From: Octopus sinensis
Lineage: Eukaryota
Reading direction: 5' to 3'
DNA: 28,780 nt
Assembly (NCBI RefSeq): GCF_006345805.1
Contig: NW_021833482.1
Coordinates: 1-28,780, forward strand
In this document: positions 10,111 through 21,196 of the stretch, one piece after another
How the letters are laid out: every line of letters starts with the position of its first letter
How positions within the stretch are numbered: position 1 is the first letter of the stretch
Notes under the pieces: generated by a model
What the model was told of the DNA's origin: nothing
Database searches by the model: none
The model's input: only the letters and a program-made list of their open reading frames with translations
Made by a program: the position numbers and the translations under genes

Positions 10111-11745
10111 ATGGAAAATTTGTTGGCCGGTTTGCTCGAGTTGCAATAACAGGAACAACAGCAACTGAAAGAACAACAACAGAAAAAAGCAAAAACAGCT
10201 GAAAGAACAGCAACAGCAGCAGCAGCTAAAACTGCAACAACAACAGAATTAACAACAACATCAACAATTGCTATTACAGCAACAGATGCTGCAATTAATG
10301 AATAGCAAGACGTCAGGACATGCTGAAAAAATGTTCTCTAACAGAGTTAATGTACGAAGCAGACAGAGTTACCTTCGAGGCTTATTATAGAAGAAACGAA
10401 CAAATATTCAATAAAGAATACAAAGACTGAGACACCAATATGAAAATGCGTTTAATCTTAAGAAAACTGGCAAGAGGAGAACACGAGTGTTACAGCAATT
10501 ACGTACTCTTGAAAAGAACCTGACACAAACTTTAAAGGTACTGTGGAATATTGTGTAAAATTTTTAGTGAGAAAAGCTCGTTGTTCAATCCACGTTGGAA
10601 ATGTTTGAGCCGAGAAAGAACAACGAGGAAGTCTACATCACATATGCTGGTAGAGATAGCAGGGAATGTGAAAGGTTCAAGCTGGACGAATTAACGCCAG
10701 ATATGTTCAAGTGCCTAATATTTACTCAGGGACGCATTGCAGAAAAAGACGCAAAAGTAAAAACTAGAATTCTCGCTAAGCTAGAACAAAACCAAGCTGA
10801 AACCTTACAACAAGTGTGAGAAGAGTGAAAGAATAGTAAATTTAAGACGCGACGCAGAAAGTTGAACATAAAGATTGCTTCCAAGGGAAATAAGTGCGAA
10901 TTAGGCAGAAGATAAATCAAGTTTTACTAAAATACATTACAAACAGGGCAAGAATCAGGAAAAAAGCCATGTTTTGCACGTGGAACACTATACCCGACCA
11001 TTTAAGAAAGCAGAAAGCTTCCGTTGTGGAAAAATTGAACGCGTAAAATCGCACTGCAAAACCAAGGTGAGAAACTGTTTGAACAAAGGAATAAGCAGTA
11101 TGTCGTCGAAAGAAAATGGTAATATAACAAGCAGAAAATTTGTAAATGCGAAAATTGAAAATATAAGAGTAAAAATGTAGTTAGACACTGGAAGTGATGT
11201 TACCATTGTGAACGAAAAAGAATTGGAAGTATATCGTTAAGGTGTAATTAAGTAAATATACAAACGTAGCACATGGTGTTACGGGTAAAACATTTTATTT
11301 TGTTGGTGAATTGGTATTTTGAGGATGAAAGTTTTAATGCGTAACTACATGTACTGGCCAAAAATGGATATAGAAATCGAAAGTTTAGTGAAAGGCTGTA
11401 GATTATGTGCTTTAGCAGTAAAATTATCGACGATAAAAAGTGAAAAATAGATGTTCTGTGGTCGAGACTAAACATTGATTTCATTGGTCCTTTAAACGGT
11501 TCATATACTTAGAAGTAGTTGATACTTTCTCTAAATGGACAGAAATTTGTAAGTATAAAAAACCAACATCTTCAATTGTGACCCCAATGTTTTACATGAG
11601 CTGTTTGCGAGATTTGGCATACCAGACGCGATAGTGTCTGACAATTGAACGCAAACGCAATTTGTGTCTTTTGAATTAAAAAAATTTTGTGAAACATTCG
11701 CGGTAGAACATGTAACTACGGCTCCATACCATCCATACGATCTGG
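10111..11745 (+). pseudogene. Ty3/Gypsy gag-protease-integrase remnant with RT and RNase H missing
   Basis: polyQ gag N-terminus; RECERFKLDELTPDMFKCLIFTQG; degenerate CCHC FRCGKIERVKSHC; protease LDTGSDVTIV 11181-11210; integrase MKVLMRNYMYWPKMD...CRLC from 11325, WSRLNIDFIGP, VVDTFSKW, FARFGIPDAIVSDN, TAPYHP. Many stops and frameshifts. Confidence 0.9.
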
Positions 11746-11869
11746 AGCTAGCACCCTACAACTCCATCCTGTTCGCTGAAAAGCAGGACAGTCTTTGAAA
11801 CCATCGGTTTTACGACATAAACGAAGTGAAAGTTTTAGTAAAGATGTAGGTACAATTTTGTGTTGGTTT

Positions 11870-13950
11870 TTAGTTAGTTTCAGTCCTCTTCCACCACGAC
11901 ACCAGAGCTGCACCGGGGCCATCCAATGATGTGCTGCCAACAGTACTCTCGCACAACACGGGTTTTGTTGAGTCAAACGTTACGACTTCGATCTAGATGT
12001 TTCTATCATCACCCATGTTCAGTCTTGCTGCGTCAGTCGTCTTCTCTCTTGAACCCGATGTAATGCATTGCTTTCTCAGAGGCTTTTCACTATTTCCTGG
12101 CAACATCTTTTCTCTGACGAGTACCAGCTGAATTTTGGTTTCAACAATTCCTCCAATACCTACTCTAGGACATAGATATATTGCCTTCCAACTAACGTTT
12201 TCACCGAGTTCAAACAATGCACGGCATATTCTGTCTTTGCTGAAAAACCTATATTCGAGGTTTGCTTCCCAGAGGACTGTGTACTCTACCATCTATGCCA
12301 CCTCCTTTTCCTTGCACCACATGACAAGGTCAGGGCTTTTGACGGAAAAGTCTTGGAAGTGATATTTAACATCAAGATCAGTAGAGAATTTGCTAATCTC
12401 CTCCCATATAGGGTGATTCTTCTTCCTAGCAGTGGCTGACATGCGGAGTTCACTTTCGCTGCAAAACTCTCTTTCCATGATCTGCCACTTTCGGCTTTTC
12501 GCTGTTGTTAGTTCACTTTACACTCTCCACCACTGCATCAGTTAATACGCTATGCATTTGGTTTGCCACGTTGTGTAACTATGTTCCAGACCAAGTGAGA
12601 AGCTGGAGAGTATGAGTTCATCATTCCAGACTTTCCACATTTGCACACACCATTCGCCTCCATTTTTTTCCGACGATTTAAGCTTACAGGACTTGGAAGC
12701 ATGTTGTAGAGAAAATGCATCATCAACATAATGATTCTCGTTCTTTCCATCTTATCCTCTCAATCAATACACTGCTCCTGTTTCTACGTTGTACCAACTC
12801 CAAATCGTGAATTTTCGCTTCTTCTTTCTTGACCTCGTTGGCCACTGGACTCCTTTTACCCCTCGTTCGTAGCCCAGTATAGTTTAAACTCATGGTTTCC
12901 AAAGCCTTTCCTGTTCGGTCGAACGTGATCCACTAAATCCCGATATGACTGGGACACCACAAACCTCTCTGTTGCCTCAGAAGCTATCCAAAGATCACAT
13001 AACATATCGAATGTTGCAGCATCAATACTGTCCGCACTTTACCAAATTTGTATTGCTCGACTATTGAATGAATTAGCATCTCTACTGGACAAGCTGCGCA
13101 TGCAAACGTTCGTGGCAATCGTACTCATTTGCGAATACAAATGTTACATTTCCGTTCAGATATCGCAACTCACGTCAGTGCCGCTTCATACATCAGTAAC
13201 CACTGCAGTCTGGAGTATAGAGAACATTGCAAATACCAGAGTTTGAATTTGCCTGGTAGTAACGTTTCACCAATCACTGGCTGCCTATCCTAAGTCATTT
13301 CCTGGATTTTGATCCTCAAATATCGATCAACAATACAGTCTCCACAGACTTTTCATAGGCTCCCCTAGAATCTTTCGCATAAATTCTCACGCAATCTCAT
13401 AACTTACTTCATTCTTTCCTTGATGACTGCTACACTGCGTGATTTCTTTGTTTTAAAATGCATTTTTAACCGGCTTATCAGCTCATCAAATCTGAGAAGA
13501 ATATTCACCAAAGACTTATCATCCCTTGCTAACAATGCTACATCATCCATAATAGCTTTCATTGGGCGGGGGGTGGGGTGATCTTCATTTTATACTTTCT
13601 GGAATGCATTCCTTTCTACGAACGAACCATATGACAGAAATTGTAAACCCACTAAATTAAGGCAGCGAGCTGGCAGAAACGTTAGCACGCCGGGCGAGAT
13701 GCTTAGGAGTATTTCGTCTTTCTTTAAGTTCTGAGTTCAAATTCCGCCGAGGTCGACATTGCCTTTCATCCTTTCAGGGTCTATAAATTAAGTACCAGTT
13801 ACACACTAGGGTCGATGTATTCGACGTAATCCCTTTGTTTGTCCTTGTTTGTTCCCTCTGTGTTTAGCCCCTTGTGGGCAATAAAGAAATAAGAAATTGT
13901 AAACCCAGCTCCATATCCTACCTCAACTCACGGACGACCTGGGTTACTTT
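11870..13950 (-). mobile_element. non-LTR retrotransposon remnant with RT and restriction-like endonuclease (HERO/NeSL-like), 5'-truncated
   Basis: Minus strand: GAGFTISVIWF (split by a SINE), KAIMDD (MDD 13542-13550), MHFKTKKSRS, LPGKFKLWY, YNMLPSP, degenerate CCHC, PDLVMW 12317-12334, VEYTVLWE, SWKA...VG.GG. Ends approximate. Confidence 0.8.
13652..13891 (+). mobile_element. SINE family B, full length, 16-bp TSD
   Basis: Head taaggcagcgagctggcagaaacgttagc, B-box-like gagttcaaattcc, tail aaagaaata; perfect TSD agaaattgtaaaccca at 13636-13651 and 13892-13907. Confidence 0.95.
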
Positions 13951-14070
13951 TCCTCTTCTTCTCTGCTGTGTGTATAGATTAGATTCAGTATGAAATAATA
14001 TAAGACACTATGTTTGTTAATGGAAATATAAATATCTACTTTATCTTATAGGTTAATTATTCATGAATAC

Positions 14071-14074
<4 letters not shown>

Positions 14075-14122
<48 letters not shown>

Positions 14123-14128
14123 ATATAT
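14075..14128. repeat. (TA)n microsatellite
   Basis: Read directly. Confidence 0.95.
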
Positions 14129-14139
14129 GTGACCAACAT

Positions 14140-14346
14140 GTGACCTCGTGAGCACCTCCAGCAATTTTTTTTTCCTCTGTCTTCCCTTCTCGGGATCTTT
14201 CCTTCTCCTTTGTTTCCGACGAAGAGCTCCGCTCGAAACGTTAAACCCTCCTTCTTCCCTTCTTTCCTGAGCGTCTAATAATACTTTATTTGTTCCACGT
14301 CCTCGCGTCGGTGTGTTTTTTTTCTGTTTTCTTGTTTGGATTAACT
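14140..14346 (+). mobile_element. ~200-bp hammerhead-bearing repeat (Penelope pseudo-LTR-like), copy 1
   Basis: Collinear with 22545-22743; pyrimidine-rich; contains the hammerhead-like core; (TA)n on both sides. Penelope assignment is inference. Confidence 0.7.
14212..14246 (+). ncRNA. minimal type-I hammerhead ribozyme-like motif (family HH2)
   Basis: GTTT-CCGACGA-A-GAGC-TCC-GCTC-GAAA-CG-T-T-AAAC: stem I GTTT/AAAC, stem II GAGC/GCTC, palindromic stem III ACGT; U4 replaced by C. Confidence 0.65.
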
Positions 14347-14347
14347 T

Positions 14348-14378
<31 letters not shown>

Positions 14379-14383
14379 TTGTG

Positions 14384-14435
<52 letters not shown>

Positions 14436-14514
14436 ATATATATTTGTATATAATGTGTGTGTGCGAGTGCGTGCTTGTGTATTTGTGTCTATAGATATAC
14501 ATACATATGTACGA

Positions 14515-14545
<31 letters not shown>

Positions 14546-14555
14546 TATAATATAT
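14347..14555. repeat. compound (TA)n/(GT)n/(TAA)n microsatellite
   Basis: Read directly. Confidence 0.9.
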
Positions 14556-14584
14556 TATGGATATGATTATTCGTTGTCTCTGTT

Positions 14585-14945
14585 TACCAGTGTTTTAATT
14601 TCTGTGCTTAATTGCACGTAAACGATAAACATTACACCACGTTTCAATAGGAATTCAAAAGATATTTAAAATGTACCTTGGCTATCTATATATTGGAACA
14701 TACCTATAGAAATGGAAACTTACCTGAATCAATACTTAGTAGTTTCACTGGTTTTCTCGTTGTTCATTACTAGAATATATCTTCATGATTCAGCTAAATC
14801 GGTCCAAGTCATAAAATGAAGAATTATATATTTGAAAATTAGTAAAACACACCTCAGGATATAAACATTATCGCTGTTAACATGTCTGTTCGACTAACTT
14901 CGGTAATGAATATTGATTCCGCCTTGTTTACTGGTATGAACAAAT
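14585..14945 (+). repeat. unclassified dispersed repeat, copy 2 (homologous to ~3690-4050)
   Basis: See copy 1. Confidence 0.75.
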
Positions 14946-14979
14946 CCCTACGAATGTAATTCACATCGTCATGTGTCTG

Positions 14980-14984
<5 letters not shown>

Positions 14985-15021
<37 letters not shown>

Positions 15022-15375
15022 CACGCCGAATTCTATTTAGGCGTTCGACATCCACGCATTCACATATATAGAAGTGCGTATATAACGCCACTGGGCAGGC
15101 AAGACACCATATACACAGAAGAACCTTCCATAGCAAGCAGTATACACATACACACATATATAACCCAAACACACAAACATACGCAAACACACACACACAT
15201 CATCCTACACACACAGACACACACACACAAACAGGTGCATACACACACACACAATTCCATTAAAATAACACATACATACACACACATACTTAAGTGCCAA
15301 TACATAACACTCAATCATTTTTACATTTACTTTCCTTTTAAAACTAAAACACATACTCACACATACACACACGTA
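14985..15375. repeat. (CA)n and degenerate CA-rich tract
   Basis: Read directly; source of the spurious poly-HT ORF. Confidence 0.85.
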
Positions 15376-15738
15376 CTCATACTCGTTCATACATTATCGC
15401 TGTTCCGCTCTTCTAATTCCTTGCAAATTGTTATCCTTCACTTTCTTCCCTTTTACTTTTTTTTTCTCCTTTCTCCGATCCCAATCATTTTTCCAAAATG
15501 TCGACATCATAGTCACTATCATTTATTCACTTATTTTGTCTTCCTATTTCGTCTCCTTTTCCCCCACATCTGTTTCTCTTTCTCTCATTCCAGTGGAGGA
15601 CAAATATGTGCGAAACGTCAAGATATTCTTTCCGCCCTTATCTCAACGTAAAACTAATGAAAATTATTACGTTTTTTTTTTCTATCATTTTGTTTTAAAC
15701 TCTGTATGTAAATACACGCACGCGCTTGCGTACATGCC

Positions 15739-15741
<3 letters not shown>

Positions 15742-15808
<67 letters not shown>
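15742..15808. repeat. (GT)n microsatellite
   Basis: Read directly. Confidence 0.95.
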
Positions 15809-15810
<2 letters not shown>

Positions 15811-15933
15811 CAATGTCTACGTGCACTAGAACGCGCTCATGTTCTGCCTTATTGCGGTAATGATAAAATAAAATTAATATTGTAAATATTAACAGTATAT
15901 ACGCTAAAGACGTTTAAAGACTGTCTTTTATAC

Positions 15934-16341
15934 ACTCTTTTACTCTTTTACTTGTTTCAGTCAAGTGACCGTGGCCATGCTGGAGCACCGCCTTTAGTCG
16001 AGCAAATCGACTCTAGGACTTATTCTTTGCTAGCCTAGTACTTATTCTATCGGGCCCTTTTGCCGAACCGCCAAGTTACGGAGACGTAAACACACCGGCA
16101 TCGGTTGTCAAGGGATGTTGGGGGGACAAACACAGACACACAAACATATACACACACATATATGTATATACATATATTCGACGGGCTTCTTTCAGTTTCC
16201 GTCTACCAAATCCACTCATAAGGCTTTGGTCGACCCGAGGCTATAGTAGAAGACTCTTGCCCAAGGTACCACGCAGTGGAACTGAACCCGGAACCATGTG
16301 GTTGGTATGCAATCTACTTACCACACAGCCACTCCTATGCC
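15934..16341 (-). mobile_element. SINE family A, copy 4
   Basis: Reverse complement of the family A sequence, tail actcttttactcttttacttg to head cacacagccactcctatgcc. Confidence 0.93.
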
Positions 16342-17012
16342 GAATTCATTATTAAACCTATGCAAAATTCATTTTCTTTTGTGTGTTGATTATTTTCTTA
16401 AAAACCAATGCTTTTAATATTGGGTGTCATCTTCTGCTTGATCGCTAGATGATTTATCGTTTTCATGATGTGATTGTTAATTTATGTTCGTTCGACATTT
16501 CGTTAGATTGTAGTAAAAAAATATGTTTTTCTCGGTTAAAGATCTATAATTACATGACGTTTATTAATGGATTGCTATATAAAATGAAGTTATATTGCAC
16601 AAAGATATAGCATATGTGATCGGGTAAATACTAGATTTTATTATCACTCAGTATAAGTCCTGGTAAATGCAAAACTCCAGACGTTCTTTTCAGTGTTGGG
16701 AAATGCTTAATCTTCTTAAAACCACTAATCCTATTCAAATCCTATACAATATTCAGAGGAAATTTTTGCTCCTACATCTGGAGGATTGCTGCCATCAACA
16801 GGGACATCCTAAATCCACAGAAAATAATCTCCAATGATTGACATAAATCCTACCCCAACACATAAAAATTCCTGGTGTACAATATGCTGTCTCACCTCTC
16901 TGTCCATTCTACCGCTTCTCGTATATACAAGCACTGTCGACTCATTCCTCAGTTCCTATCGCTGGTCATTTATCTTCCAGATTAGGGCTGATCTCGAGGT
17001 AAATTATATATA

Positions 17013-18003
17013 CTGGGTGCAGTGAATAAACTCGTATAAATTTCGCAAAAATGAAAATAACATTGACATCTCATTTTAACAGATATATTTACCAAAATTA
17101 CATAAAAATACCTTGAAATACTAAACAGTAAATTTATTCAATAAAATCGTCATTGGTTTCAACTACGGCCTCCAGATGACTTCGGATTCTCCAGCAGCTC
17201 TTCTGGACGGTCTATTTGTTTAAGTTGGCTAATGCTGCTATAATCTTTGCTTCCAGTTCATCTTTAGTGTTACAAGGAGTTTTGTTTGTCTCTCGCTCAA
17301 TTTCGCCCCACACATAATAATGAAGAGAGTTGCAGTATGGGGAGTTAGGTGGTCAGATGTTAGGGTTGATGTGGTCGCAGAAATTGTCTGACAGCAGAAA
17401 TTATAAGGCGGTGAGGTGGCAGAAACGTTAGCTCGCCGGGTGAAATGTCTAGCGGTATTTCGTCAGCCGTTACGTTCCAAGTTTAAATTCCGCCGAGGTC
17501 TACTTTGCCTTTCAGCCTTTCGGGGTCGATTAAGTAAGTACAAGTTACGCACTGGGGTCGATATAATCGACTTAATCCGTTTTTCTGTCCTTGTGTGTCC
17601 CCTCGGTATGTAGCCCCTTGTGGGAAGTAAAGAAATAAGAAATTCTCTGACAGTCATGGCTGGGTTCTCCTGCTTGTGTGGTCTGGTGACGAGGCCTGTT
17701 GCCAGACATAGGGCTTTTACAGCAGCCACCCTCTTGGTCGAGAGCAGCATTACCTTCCCCAGGCATTTGATGTTAGCCGCCGTGTTGATTATGAGGCCGT
17801 ATGCGAAGATGAATAAAGGCATATCGTCGACATCACTAGTGATCACTCCAAATACTATGATGTTGAATGGATGTTTGAATTTTATCACAGACGGTGTCCA
17901 ACTGATCCTACTATGCTGTGTAGTCGACAAAACAAAAAAACAAACAAACAATGCGTATGCTCGAGCTAAACGATATAAAATGGCGACAGTTCACCATCTC
18001 AGC

Positions 18004-18006
<3 letters not shown>
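17013..18006 (-). mobile_element. Tc1/mariner-superfamily transposon remnant (maT/DD37D-like), interrupted by SINE B
   Basis: Minus strand: KFKHPFNIIVFGVITSDVDDMPLFIF...KRVAA, then C-terminus LEAVVETNDDFIE* (stop 17134-17136). Both putative ends read TA-C(T/A)GG(G/C)TG; TIR match is weak. Confidence 0.75.
17395..17637 (+). mobile_element. SINE family B, full length, 16-bp TSD
   Basis: Family B sequence; TSD agaaattgtctgacag 17379-17394 / agaaattctctgacag 17638-17653 (1 mismatch). Confidence 0.95.
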
Positions 18007-18046
<40 letters not shown>

Positions 18047-18057
18047 ATATATTATCA

Positions 18058-18221
18058 TAGCGCAGGCGTTGATGTGTGGTAAGAAGCTTACTTCCCAATC
18101 ACATGGTTGCAGGTTCAGCTACACTGCCTGGCATCTTGGACGAGTGTCTGCTACCGCTGCCTCGGGCCGACCAAATCCTTATTAGGTGATCTGGTAGGCA
18201 GAAACTGAAAGAAACCTGTCG

Positions 18222-18289
<68 letters not shown>

Positions 18290-18521
18290 TGTGTGTGTGC
18301 GTGTGTGTGTGTGTGTGTGTTTGTCCCTTTCCTTTCGCTTGAAAACCGATGTTGGTGTGTTTACGTTCGCGTAACTTAGCTGTTCGGCAAAAGAGACTGA
18401 TAGAATAAGTACCAGGTTTGCAAAGAATAATCAAGGGGGCGATTTCTTCGAAAAAAAAGCCGTGCTCCAGCACCGTCACGATCAAAATGACTGAAACAAA
18501 TAAAAGAATAAAAGAATATAA

Positions 18522-18524
<3 letters not shown>
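18058..18524 (+). mobile_element. SINE family A, copy 5 (diverged subfamily)
   Basis: Head gcgcaggcgttgatgtgtggtaagaagctt, internal (TA)n(GT)n, tail (aaaagaat)n; abuts the (TA)n at the transposon end. Confidence 0.85.
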
Positions 18525-18560
<36 letters not shown>

Positions 18561-18726
18561 GTTATTTTGGGCAATGAAAGACGCTGTGCAGAGGTTTTAG
18601 GGGTGTCTAGTCTCTCATGTTGAATAAGAATATTTAGTCAGCTGTTGTTTGGTGACACTATCATCATTACGTTGTCTGACTGGAGGCTTCAAAGGTAAAG
18701 ACTACGCAGTTATACATACATATATA

Positions 18727-18886
18727 GGTGCAGGAGTGGCTGTGTGGTAAGTAGATTGCTTACCAGCCAGATGGTTCCGAGTTCAGTCCCACTGCATAGC
18801 ACCTTAGACAACTGACTTCTACTCTAGCCTCGGGCAGAACAAAGCCCTGCGAGTGAATTCGTAGACGGAACTGAAAGAAGCCCGTC

Positions 18887-18947
<61 letters not shown>

Positions 18948-19165
18948 CATGTGTGTGTGTATGTTTGTGTGTCTGTGTTTGTCCCCCAACTTCGCTTGAC
19001 AACCGATATTGGTGCGTTTACGTCCCCGTAACTTAGCGGTTTGGCAAAAGAAACCGATAGAATAATTTCTAGGCTTACAAAAAATAAGCCCTGGGTCGAT
19101 TTTCTCGTCAAAAGGCGGTGCTCCAGCATGGCTGCAGTCAAATAACTGAAACAAACAAAAGAATA
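18727..19165 (+). mobile_element. SINE family A, copy 6
   Basis: ggtgcaggagtggctgtgtggtaagtag...gagttcagtcccactgc...ctgaaacaaacaaaagaata. Confidence 0.93.
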
Positions 19166-19262
19166 CATAATTTGAATGCATAATTATGTGAAATTGTCGA
19201 ATGACATATAAATGTTTTGAATTCTTGTGCGTCACTGAGGATTTATATATAAAAAAAGTGGA

Positions 19263-19640
19263 GGCGCAATGGCCCAGTGGTTAGGGCAGCGGACTCGCGG
19301 TCATAGGATCGCGGTTTCGATTCCCAGACTGGGCGTTGTGAGTGTATATTGAGGGAAAACACCTAAAAGCTCACGAGGCTCCGGCAGGGGATGGTGGTGA
19401 ACCCTGCTGTACTATTTCACCACAACTTTCTCTCACTCTTACTTCTGTTGTACCTGTATTTCAAGGGGCCGGCCTTGTCACTCTCTGTGTCACGCTGAAT
19501 ATCCCCGAGAACTACGTTAAGGGTACACGTGTCTGTGGAGTGCTCAGCCACTTACACGTTAATTTCACGAGCAGGCTGTTCCGTTGATTCGGATCAACCG
19601 GAACCCTCGTCGTCGTAACCGACGGAGTGCTTCCACTCCA
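19263..19640 (+). mobile_element. tRNA-derived SINE, type C
   Basis: A box tggcccagtgg, B-box-like ggtttcgattcc, body shared with 8248-8424, distinct 3' half ending gtcgtaaccgacggagtgcttccactcc. Confidence 0.85.
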
Positions 19641-20360
19641 TATATAAAAAAAATGAACATGATGGTGTTGCTGCTTTTGAAGGTCTATGAAGCGTTTTAT
19701 ACAAAATATTCCGACCAAGACAACTTAGGAATGTCAAGAAAATGTCTAAAAGTAGATTTTCAAGATGATGTGGTATGAAATTATCTTTTTCTTCACACAA
19801 CACCTGAGGATAAGGAAGCAAAATCATACAATAAAATTATTTGGAAGCTGGTGTTAAGAACATAATATTACCTCAGGCAAACTATTCATATTTAGCAATA
19901 AGTTATGTTTAACATATCTTCTATCGTAAGTCATGCTCAACTATATATGTTGGTTCCGAATATAATACATTGTCATAAACTGATAATAATTTTGCTACCA
20001 TATTGCTGTTGAAAATATATAGGCTTCGTTTCAATGAATTTGAAAATAATTTATTAAATTTTCTTTTTCATTCTATTGGAATATAATTGAAATTATAATT
20101 GGTATTTGGAATATAATTGAAATTTTGATAGTAAGTTTTAATTTAGTTTACATAAAAAGAAGATGGTATCATACAAATAGGGCGGTTTCAAGTGGATTGG
20201 TATCAATAATAAATATCCTACCAATATTAAGTTCTTGTTACGTATTCTGCACCTATAATAGTTGATGGCGAAAAATGAGTTATGGAAGTATATGAAAAGT
20301 AACTGAAATATAATGAATTGTGATGTTAGTGGTAGAAGCAGCGCTTACCTCACGAAGAAA

Positions 20361-20510
20361 CTTTGCAGCTGTTGGAAAAAAGTATGCCCCCTGAATGGGC
20401 AGTGCTTGAAACAAAATATAGTGTACAGATGCACTGTTACGTAAGGGGGAATCTGGTATTGTTACATAGGGTCATAATCTACTAGATTTAAAGTAGGACT
20501 GAACAGCGAT
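20361..20510 (+). pseudogene. GIY-YIG endonuclease remnant of a Penelope-like retroelement
   Basis: Translates LCSCWKKVCPLNGQCLKQNIVYRCTVT*GGIWYCYIGS*STRFK, matching the PLE pattern C.C....CPL.G.CL...IVY...V...YIG....FK. Confidence 0.7.
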
Positions 20511-20641
20511 TGATACCAAATAGTATCAAACACTGTGCTTTATACCTTAATAGGTAGGGCGTTACTCAATAAATAGTAAATAAGTAGTAAAAAGTAATAA
20601 AAATATGGATTATTCGCATACATTTTTCACTATAGGTAGGG

Positions 20642-21060
20642 CTGTTTTACAAGTCTGACTTTGTGCAGACGTCCTAGTATGCAGTCCTGCAAATTATATT
20701 CACCTTGGACGGTCGTACCGATGATCTACGGACAATTACGTAAGTTACGTAAGTAAGATTGCGTACTTTGTTGATAGTGAAACATGAATGGGAATAATCC
20801 ATATTTTTATTACTTATTCTTTTGTCATGCTCGATTACGTTTTGGTTGTTTTGCTAAATTTTTTTTGAGAACATTTCTTAGTTTGAGAGACCGTAGCGGA
20901 TCTATTTCTAGCAAAAGGGTGTCCACATAATGGTTTACCTCTAATATATATATATATATAATACAATTTTACTAACCCTTACTTTTTATATGCTAGACCA
21001 CTGGTGTTAAATCGATGTTAATTGAATTAATATCTAATTGATCACCCTCATTTTAAATTT
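20642..21060 (+). repeat. ~410-bp direct repeat, copy 1
   Basis: Collinear with 21197-21602, including the internal TA tract. Confidence 0.9.
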
Positions 21061-21196
21061 AAAATTAAATGAATAAGTTCTCTAACCGGCAAAGGCCGCT
21101 GCAGTAAAGTATTATCTGCAGCATCAGTTTTTCCGGTACTTTAGCGCGCCAAAACGAGGACATTTGAAATAGTAGCCACGAGTGCAATACGTAAGA

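Noticed and set aside
16981-16998. Possible 18-nt microexon (ttccag|ATTAGGGCTGATCTCGAG|gtaaat)
   Set aside because: Such sites are common by chance, no other exon supports a gene, and the upstream sequence looks weakly like a LINE remnant.
19263-19335. SINE heads as genuine tRNA genes
   Set aside because: No complete cloverleaf or acceptor stem, and each continues into a repeated SINE body.
20710-20750. CCGA(T/A)GA-TC-TACG-GA in the 410-bp repeats as a hammerhead
   Set aside because: Followed by CAAT, not GAAA, with no U16.1/H17 site; it folds better as a simple hairpin gtcgta/tacggac.
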